Shown piece by piece: positions 57,498 to 64,000 of a DNA stretch of 64,000 nucleotides. The stretch comes from Gammaproteobacteria bacterium. Its GTDB lineage: Bacteria > Pseudomonadota > Gammaproteobacteria > UBA4575. The position numbers and the translations under genes were made by a program. Under the pieces are notes generated by a model that ran no database searches, had not been told where the DNA came from, and saw only the letters and a program-made list of their open reading frames with translations. The DNA lies in NCBI GenBank assembly GCA_965203725.1, contig CBDBDH010000002.1, forward strand, positions 478,829 to 542,828, written 5' to 3'. Positions within the stretch are counted from its first letter, which is position 1; the number at the start of each line of letters is the position of its first letter.

Positions 57498-58781
57498 ATG
57501 TCCGAGATTGAGTCTGTGCATGCGAGAGAAGTGATCGACTCGCGCGGCAACCCGACCGTGGAAGCGGATGTGTTGCTGGGTTCGGGGGTGCTGGGCCGCG
57601 CAGCCGTGCCCTCCGGGGCATCGACCGGCACGCTGGAAGCGGTGGAACTGAGGGACGGGGATCCGAAGCGCTATGCGGGCAAGGGTGTGCAGCAGGCGGT
57701 GGGCAACGTCAATACCGAAATCCGCCCGCAGCTTCTGGGCGTATCCTGTTTTGAGCAGGAGGCCATCGATGAGCGCATGCTCGAACTCGACGGCACCGAC
57801 AACAAGCAGCGCCTGGGTGCGAATGCCATGCTGTCGGTCTCACTGGCCGTGGCCAAGGCCGCCGCACTCGAAAAGCGCATGCCCCTGTACCGCTACCTGC
57901 ACGGCGGGGGCGGGTACCGGATGCCGGTGCCGATGATGAACATTCTCAATGGCGGCGAACACGCGGACAACAGCGTGGACATGCAGGAATTCATGGTGAT
58001 CCCCACGGGCGCCGCCTCGCTTTGTGAGGCGGTGCGCATGGGTGCGGAAATCTTCCATGCCCTGAAGGGCACTTTGCATGCCCGGGGGCTCAACACGGCC
58101 GTCGGCGATGAAGGCGGGTTTGCCCCGGATCTTCGCTCCAATCACGAGGCGATCGAGGTCATCCTCAAGGCGATCGAACAGGCAGGGTTCGCGGTGGGCG
58201 GCGATGTCCACCTGGGACTGGATGTCGCCAGCACGGAGTTCTACACCGGGGGTGCCTACGTATTGCAGTCCGAGGGCAAGTCGTTCGATTCCGCGCAGTT
58301 CGTCGATTACCTGGTCGACTGGATCGACCAGTACCCGATCCTCTCCATCGAGGACGGGGTGGCGGAGAACGACTGGGACGGCTGGAAGCTCCTCACCGAA
58401 AAGGCAGGAGGCCGGGTGCAGCTGGTGGGTGATGACCTGTTCGTCACCAATGCCAGGATCCTGAGGAAGGGAATCGAGGCCGGCATCGCCAACTCCATTC
58501 TCGTCAAGGTGAACCAGATCGGCACCTTGAGCGAGACGCTGAACGCGGTACGCGTCGCGCACGATGCGGGCTATACTGCCGTCATGTCGCACCGCTCGGG
58601 GGAGACCGAGGATGTTACGATTGCAGACCTGGCCGTGGCCACCGGTTGCGGCCAGATCAAGACGGGTTCGCTGTCGAGGTCGGACCGCACGGCGAAATAC
58701 AACCAACTGATCCGCATCGAGGAGGAACTGGGGGACGAATGCCATTATCCGGGACTGGGGGCATTCACCTTCCGGACATGA
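57498..58781 (+). CDS. eno: Enolase
   Basis: [67 protein letters not shown]. Confidence 0.99.
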   Translation: MSEIESVHAREVIDSRGNPTVEADVLLGSGVLGRAAVPSGASTGTLEAVELRDGDPKRYAGKGVQQAVGNVNTEIRPQLLGVSCFEQEAIDERMLELDGTDNKQRLGANAMLSVSLAVAKAAALEKRMPLYRYLHGGGGYRMPVPMMNILNGGEHADNSVDMQEFMVIPTGAASLCEAVRMGAEIFHALKGTLHARGLNTAVGDEGGFAPDLRSNHEAIEVILKAIEQAGFAVGGDVHLGLDVASTEFYTGGAYVLQSEGKSFDSAQFVDYLVDWIDQYPILSIEDGVAENDWDGWKLLTEKAGGRVQLVGDDLFVTNARILRKGIEAGIANSILVKVNQIGTLSETLNAVRVAHDAGYTAVMSHRSGETEDVTIADLAVATGCGQIKTGSLSRSDRTAKYNQLIRIEEELGDECHYPGLGAFTFRT

Positions 58782-58785
58782 CCCT

Positions 58786-59082
58786 TTGAGAATACTCATC
58801 ACACTGATGGTCGTGCTGTTCGTGCTGATGCAGTACAAGCTCTGGTTCGGCGAAGGCAGTGTGCGTGAGGGCCTGGAGCTGGGCCGCTCGATTGAAACCC
58901 AGCAGATGAAAAATGAACAGGCCAGGCAGCGAAACGAGGTCCTGGCTGCGGACGTCGCAGAACTCAAGACCGGGCTCGAGTCCGTGGAAGAGCGTGCCAG
59001 GAATGAACTGGGCATGGTCAAGAAGGATGAAACCTTCATTCATATCCTGGAGGGTCAGACCGGCGAAATTGTCGAACAGTAG
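58786..59082 (+). CDS. ftsB: Cell division protein FtsB
   Basis: TM helix, LWFGEGS, N..L.A.V..LK.G...VEERAR.ELGMVK..ETF. Confidence 0.93.
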   Translation: MRILITLMVVLFVLMQYKLWFGEGSVREGLELGRSIETQQMKNEQARQRNEVLAADVAELKTGLESVEERARNELGMVKKDETFIHILEGQTGEIVEQ

Positions 59083-59800
59083 TCATCAACGTTGCTGGGC
59101 CATCGTCTGTGCGGCCGGCTCGGGCCGGCGCATGGAAATGGACATTCCCAAGCAATACCTGCCCCTCAAGGACTCGACGGTGCTGGAAGAAAGCCTGTCC
59201 TGCTTTTTGCATCATCCGCAGATTGCAGGCGTGGTGGTGGCCCTGCATGCCGACGATCACCGCTGGCCCACCCTGAAAATATCCTCGGACCCGCGGGTAC
59301 GGAACGTCGTGGGAGGTGATACCCGGGCGCGCTCGGTGGTCAATGCGCTGGAGCGGGTCGTGAGCCTGGCCGGGAAGGAGGACTTCGTCCTGGTGCACGA
59401 TGCCGCGCGCCCGTGCCTCGGCTACGCGGACCTGGACCGCCTGATCCTCGAGGGGCTAGCCGAGGAGGACGGGGTGATCCTTGCGAGCCCGGTCCATGAT
59501 ACGGTCAAGCAGGTGCGCACCTCGGACGGGGTGCGGGAAGTGGAACGCACCCTGGACCGCGGGCTGTTGTGGAAGGCGCTGACCCCGCAGATGTTTCGCA
59601 TCGGGGTGCTGCACGAGGCCTTGCAGTTTTGCATCGAAAACGACCGGGAAGTGACCGATGACGCCTCGGCCGTCGAGGCCATCGGGCGCCGTGTGAAGAT
59701 GATCCAGGGGCGCAGTGACAACATCAAGGTCACCCGGCCCGAGGACATACAGCTTGCGGAATCGATCCTGCTGCAGGTCAGCAAGTCTGCGCAGTCCTGA
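59069..59800 (+). CDS. ispD: MEP cytidylyltransferase
   Basis: AAGSGRRM...PKQYL, VLVHDAARP, TPQMF, TDDASA, NIKVT.PED. Confidence 0.97.
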   Translation: MSNSSHQRCWAIVCAAGSGRRMEMDIPKQYLPLKDSTVLEESLSCFLHHPQIAGVVVALHADDHRWPTLKISSDPRVRNVVGGDTRARSVVNALERVVSLAGKEDFVLVHDAARPCLGYADLDRLILEGLAEEDGVILASPVHDTVKQVRTSDGVREVERTLDRGLLWKALTPQMFRIGVLHEALQFCIENDREVTDDASAVEAIGRRVKMIQGRSDNIKVTRPEDIQLAESILLQVSKSAQS

Positions 59801-59859
59801 GCGGGCATGATGAGGAATTGTTGCGACAAGCAGATCAGGGGACGGGAGGGAAGAGGGCG

Positions 59860-60351
59860 ATGAGTCCGAAAGTAGGGTTTGGCTACGACGTGCACCGCTT
59901 CTGTGAAGGCGATCACATCTTGCTGGGCGGTGAAAAGATCCCGCATAGCCAGGGGATCGATGCCCACTCCGACGGGGATGTGCTGCTGCATGCGATTTGC
60001 GATGCCATACTCGGTGCGGCAGGCGCCGGGGACATCGGCCAGCATTTCCCGGACCAGGACAGCCGGTTCGAGAACATCGACAGCAGGGTCTTGCTGCAGA
60101 ACGTGATGCGCAAGGTGGGGGAGGACCTCGTCGTGGGTAACGTGGACTGCACGGTCGTGCTGGAGCGTCCCAGGCTCGCCGCCCATGTCCGGGCCATGGA
60201 GGCGAATATCGGCGAGCTGCTGGAGATTCCGGCCGCCCACGTCAATGTCAAGGCAACGACCCACGAGGGCATGGGCTTTGCAGGGCGCGGTGAAGGGATC
60301 GCAGCCTACGCGGTGGTCCTGCTTACCCCGCGCGCACCCGCTGACGCATAA
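59860..60351 (+). CDS. ispF: MEcPP synthase
   Basis: GYDVHRF, HSDGDVLLHA..DA.LGA...GDIG.HFPD, NVKATT.EGMGF.GRGEGIAA. Confidence 0.98.
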   Translation: MSPKVGFGYDVHRFCEGDHILLGGEKIPHSQGIDAHSDGDVLLHAICDAILGAAGAGDIGQHFPDQDSRFENIDSRVLLQNVMRKVGEDLVVGNVDCTVVLERPRLAAHVRAMEANIGELLEIPAAHVNVKATTHEGMGFAGRGEGIAAYAVVLLTPRAPADA

Positions 60352-60387
60352 CTTGAAGGTCCCAGGTTCAAATTCTACCTCCAACCA
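60347..60387 (+). mobile_element. Degenerate 3' half of tRNA-Met(CAT), att-like scar
   Basis: cataacttgaaggtcccaggttcaaattctacctccaacca aligns to the initiator tRNA 3' half (CATAAC..GAAGGTC..AGGTTCAAAT.CT.CC...CAACCA) with about 5 substitutions and a 2-nt gap; 5' half absent. Confidence 0.72.
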
Positions 60388-60389
60388 CT

Positions 60390-60428
60390 GAAAGCTCTTG
60401 AAAACTTAGATGTTTTCGAAGGCTTTTC
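60390..60428 (+). terminator. Imperfect hairpin following the tRNA-Met fragment
   Basis: aaagc..ttgaaaac-ttagat-gttttcga..gcttt. Confidence 0.5.
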
Positions 60429-60639
60429 AATTCACGTACTATGTTGAATTTTTCATAGTCAACACGAGTGTACAGATACGGTCAATCCGAATCCGTAGTC
60501 GCTGCCGCTGTTCTGCTCTTTTGTGCCTGATTCATCATGACGCTCTGCAACTCCATGACGACCAGCGCGAGCCATAAGGAAGCGTACCGTGTCCTTTCCA
60601 GAGGCCCTGCCGCGACATAGCATCGGTTTGAAATTGACA

Positions 60640-62343
60640 TCAGCTAAGCTCGGCTAGTGCCTGTTTCCAAAGACTCAAGTGCTTTTCAACGTCTGTCTCA
60701 CAATGGAACAGCTTCGCCTTATCGTTGGTCTCGACCGCCGTACGCCAATATGGATGTACGGCCATCAGATCGGACCGATTAGGTTCAGCAATACCTGAGT
60801 GTGTGATTGCATGGAGGGCGTTCTCGCTGCCCTTGTCAGCCGGCGCTTCAAATAGAGACCCTGCCACCAGCTTGGCTTGCCAATACTTGGAAAGTGCTTT
60901 ATCAATCACATGCGCTTCAGTGACGGTCCAGCTGGTTGTGTCGTGTTTGTGGGATCGAATAAGTCCCGGATTCTTGATCTGGGGATTCCCCATGGGAGAC
61001 GTTATCTCTTTTGTCCAGCATGGAATCCGCTGATTGCGGATTATCCACTTAATGCAAACTATCAGTATGGATTCCGCTTGCGAAACGAGTTGGGGATTTT
61101 CGGAGAAGGATTTTCCATGAACAATCCGGTTTCTATGTGCGGAAAACTTTTGAATCGTCCCTTTGACGAATTTGACTTCATCGGGAGTCTCGGCATAGAG
61201 CCAAGCGGCCCTTCTTTGCCGTTCACGGCTAGTCGGACGGCCCAGAAGGGCTTCAAACGCAATATGAAGATCGATCGCCCTGTCGGCATCGCCCGCCTTT
61301 TCTTTGGCATGCCTCAGGCGTGCAAGAGGGATGTGGAGATGACGTCGAACGTGCTCAGGTGCTTGTGAGTAGGCGGTGACGAGCCGAATCAGTTCTGTGC
61401 AGTCGACAAATGTAAGTTCATTACGCGAATGAAAAATTGGAAACTCAACATTTGTCACGGACGTACTCCCAGTCGAAGCAAACATGGGCAATGAATCGGA
61501 ATACACCTCAGGAATGATCTCGTAATGGGAAAATGGCAGAAATAGCTTCCCCGAGATCAAGCCCAGCATGACACAAATGAAGTCATGCCCGAATTCTGCA
61601 ACGCCGGAGTACAGCAGGCGGGGATACTCCTCTTCCTGAACGCCCAAACTGGTGTCGTCGGTATGATGAACGGGAGCGCCCGGTCGAACCGCGGCGTCTA
61701 GGAGGAGGCCACAGGCATCCAGATTCGGGTCAGTAGGAATCTTGGTATCCGCCAGCAAACTGTTATCAAGCAATGTTACCTGATTCAGTGCCGTAGCATA
61801 GGGCACCAGTTGGGCGCTGCTATCGAGTTGGATCGCCTCTGGGACTTTCGTACCCTTCAGGAGGTGCAAGATCCTCATTGGGAAGGTGCCAGTGCGCAGG
61901 AAAGTGGCTAGGGTGTCGACCACCTGTCCCAGAGGGTGGAACGCGACGCTCTTAATGATCTTGGCGCACGCTTCCTCGATTCGCATGGCGCGAGTGATGG
62001 ACGGGCCAACGTTCCCAATGATATAGATTAACTCTCGTTTTTCATCCATGAAACGGCGAAGCGTACTTGAGTTCCGCAGGAGCGTGGCAATCGGCTCCCC
62101 CTCGTTCGAAACTTCAACCTTCGCCCTCGCGAAGTGGCGGCGGACGTCGAGACCTCCCGCCTTGAAGCGAGCGACCTGTTCGGAAAATTCCGCCGCGCCC
62201 AAACGTGTCTCTTCACCACCGGCACCACTAGGAATCACAAATTGGGCATGGCGAGCCGCGGTCTGGATGGCGGTGTCCAATTCCGCCTTTTCTTTCGTCA
62301 CGATTGCCTCCCTGTCAGACAGGTCACCCACATGTCCATACAC
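60640..62343 (-). CDS. ApeA-like HEPN domain protein (putative anti-phage RNase)
   Basis: DRAIDLHIAFEALL...RAAWL...SAHRNRIVHG (R-x4-H); long N-terminal region; lower GC than the flanking core genes. Confidence 0.7.
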   Translation of the reverse strand: MYGHVGDLSDREAIVTKEKAELDTAIQTAARHAQFVIPSGAGGEETRLGAAEFSEQVARFKAGGLDVRRHFARAKVEVSNEGEPIATLLRNSSTLRRFMDEKRELIYIIGNVGPSITRAMRIEEACAKIIKSVAFHPLGQVVDTLATFLRTGTFPMRILHLLKGTKVPEAIQLDSSAQLVPYATALNQVTLLDNSLLADTKIPTDPNLDACGLLLDAAVRPGAPVHHTDDTSLGVQEEEYPRLLYSGVAEFGHDFICVMLGLISGKLFLPFSHYEIIPEVYSDSLPMFASTGSTSVTNVEFPIFHSRNELTFVDCTELIRLVTAYSQAPEHVRRHLHIPLARLRHAKEKAGDADRAIDLHIAFEALLGRPTSRERQRRAAWLYAETPDEVKFVKGTIQKFSAHRNRIVHGKSFSENPQLVSQAESILIVCIKWIIRNQRIPCWTKEITSPMGNPQIKNPGLIRSHKHDTTSWTVTEAHVIDKALSKYWQAKLVAGSLFEAPADKGSENALHAITHSGIAEPNRSDLMAVHPYWRTAVETNDKAKLFHCETDVEKHLSLWKQALAELS

Positions 62344-62686
62344 GTAAGTATTGGCTGGTCCTTCAAGTCGATTCAGGCCAGAAACTCAGAGTACGGTAAC
62401 CGCATTGTCGCGAGCGCAGTGTGGAGCCACCGTACCCTATCAACCTTCATGGGTATAAATCCACAGCCACTGGCGATGGGGAACCGGTCGATCGCGCTCG
62501 AGACTTCCAGATGATCATCGGCTGGTCGACAGCACGAACGACAACAGCCAATTCCTGAATGGCACAAGCGAAAGTCCAATTGCCCATGATGCAGCAGATG
62601 GATTATCAAAGTAACCGATGCTGTTGGCTATGGCGGCACTTTAGAGGGACCGTCAGGTTTACAGTCAACACTAGAAAAGAACTTGA

Positions 62687-62711
62687 TGGCCCCGCTTGGC
62701 CGCATGTGGCC
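62687..62711 (+). repeat. TGGCC motif three times at exact 10-bp spacing (further copies at 62762 and 62792)
   Basis: tggcc at 62687, 62697 and 62707. Confidence 0.6.
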
Positions 62712-62828
62712 CCTTTGAGGGTAAGGTGAAGCAATATTAAACTATTGATATATGGCTGTCATGGCCGTGATACTGTGCACTATAGCCTGTGTGGCCCTAA
62801 CATCTACGCGAGTCTCATAAGCCGACGA

Positions 62829-64000
62829 ATGCCGCAAAGCGAAACGATCTTCAGCCCGGAGGGGTTGCTGTCCGAGCATCTGGATAACTTTCGTTACCGG
62901 CCCCAGCAACAGCACATGAGCACCCGGGTGGAGTCAGCACTCGAGCAGCGCAGCCGACTCATCATCGAAGCCGGCACCGGGGTGGGGAAAACCTTCGCGT
63001 ACCTGGTGCCCGCACTACTGTCCGGGCAGAAAGTGGTCATTTCCACCGGCACGCGTCATTTGCAGGACCAGTTGTATTTCAAGGACCTGCCCGCCGTGCT
63101 GGACATCGTCAAGACCCCCGTGTCCACGGCCCTGCTCAAAGGCCGCGCCAACTACCTCTGCGTACACCGCCTGCAACACCATGTCCCGCGCACACGCCTG
63201 AACACCGGGCGTGCAGCGAAGAAAATCCAGACCATCCGTGAATGGTCCCGGGTGACCCGAACGGGAGAGATCGCCGAGGTCAACTCGATCGGGGAAGGCG
63301 ATGCGGTATGGCCGGCGGTGACCTCGACCGTAGAGAACTGCCTCGGTTCCGAATGCCCGAGCTACCAGGACTGTCATGTGTTCAAGGCCCGGCGCAAGGC
63401 CCAGAAAGCGGATGTCGTGATCGTCAACCACCACCTGTTTTTTTCCGACCTGACCCTGAAGCAGGAGGGATTCGGGGAGCTGCTGCCGCAGGCGGAGGCC
63501 TGCATCCTGGATGAGGCCCATCAACTGCCGGAACTTGCCAGCGACTTCCTGGCGACGACCACCAGCAGCCGCCAATTGACAACCCTGGGAGAGGATGTCG
63601 TTGCCGCACAGATCAACGAGGCCCCCGAAGCCGGTGCGGTCCGCGAGCTGGTCAATGCCGTGAACTGGGCCACCGCGGACTTCCTGCTGGCGTTGGACGG
63701 GCGCAAGGAGCGAAGCCGGTGGCACGAAGCGGTGGCCGCCGCCGGGACCCGGGAGCAGTTCGATGCGCTTTGTCGGTCACTGGACCGGCTGTGCGGGGAA
63801 TTGTCGGTACTGGGCGAGCGCGGCAAGGTGCTGGCCCGCTGCCAGGAACGCTGTGAAAAGATCGTGCAGCAGCTGCAGCAGTTCTCGGAGCAGCCGGACG
63901 CCCGGGTGAACTGGGTGGAGATCCTCAAGAAAGGGTTCAGGCTGCACAGCACGCCGCTGGTGGTCGCCGACCTGTTCCAGGAGCTGATCCGGGGCTACCG
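62829..64000 (+). CDS. yoaA: ATP-dependent DNA helicase, YoaA/DinG family (partial, runs off the window)
   Basis: FRYRPQQ, EAGTGVGKTFAYLVP, VVISTGT..LQDQL, LKGR.NYLC, CLGSECP Fe-S motif, VVIVNHHLFF, DEAHQL. Confidence 0.93.
   Translation, partial: MPQSETIFSPEGLLSEHLDNFRYRPQQQHMSTRVESALEQRSRLIIEAGTGVGKTFAYLVPALLSGQKVVISTGTRHLQDQLYFKDLPAVLDIVKTPVSTALLKGRANYLCVHRLQHHVPRTRLNTGRAAKKIQTIREWSRVTRTGEIAEVNSIGEGDAVWPAVTSTVENCLGSECPSYQDCHVFKARRKAQKADVVIVNHHLFFSDLTLKQEGFGELLPQAEACILDEAHQLPELASDFLATTTSSRQLTTLGEDVVAAQINEAPEAGAVRELVNAVNWATADFLLALDGRKERSRWHEAVAAAGTREQFDALCRSLDRLCGELSVLGERGKVLARCQERCEKIVQQLQQFSEQPDARVNWVEILKKGFRLHSTPLVVADLFQELIRGY

Overview
High-GC gammaproteobacterial chromosome segment. 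The middle ~48 kb (12.5-60.4 kb) is conserved housekeeping synteny: thrS-infC-rpmI-rplT-pheS-pheT-ihfA-MerR-tRNA-Pro; lepB-rnc-era-recO-pdxJ-acpS-cysM-3'5' exonuclease; (minus) map-glnD-dapC-dapD-dapE; rpsB-tsf-frr-uppS-cdsA-dxr-rseP-bamA-skp-lpxD-fabZ-lpxA; an inverted gnnA-gnnB-lpxB block; rnhB-dnaE-accA-tilS-pyrG-kdsA-eno-ftsB-ispD-ispF. Departures from the usual order: pyrH is missing between tsf and frr, lepA is missing before lepB, pheS carries two +1 frameshifts (probably assembly errors), S2 has a ~165-residue low-complexity tail, and a GnnA/GnnB-like pair points to diaminoglucose-type lipid A. The left 12.5 kb is accessory. It holds the tail of a probable restriction-modification gene, two tandem ~2 kb surface-lipoprotein genes built as a mosaic of identical and highly divergent blocks (the most striking feature), a decayed IS1595 transposase, a duplicated tRNA-Val 3' end (att-like), a nuclease with a SeqA-like C-terminus, an MNT-HEPN toxin-antitoxin pair, a BASS transporter and an orphan antitoxin. 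At the right end a degenerate tRNA-Met 3' half abuts ispF and opens a small lower-GC islet encoding an ApeA-like HEPN protein, followed by a partial YoaA/DinG helicase. All assignments come from reading motifs by eye; no database search was run.
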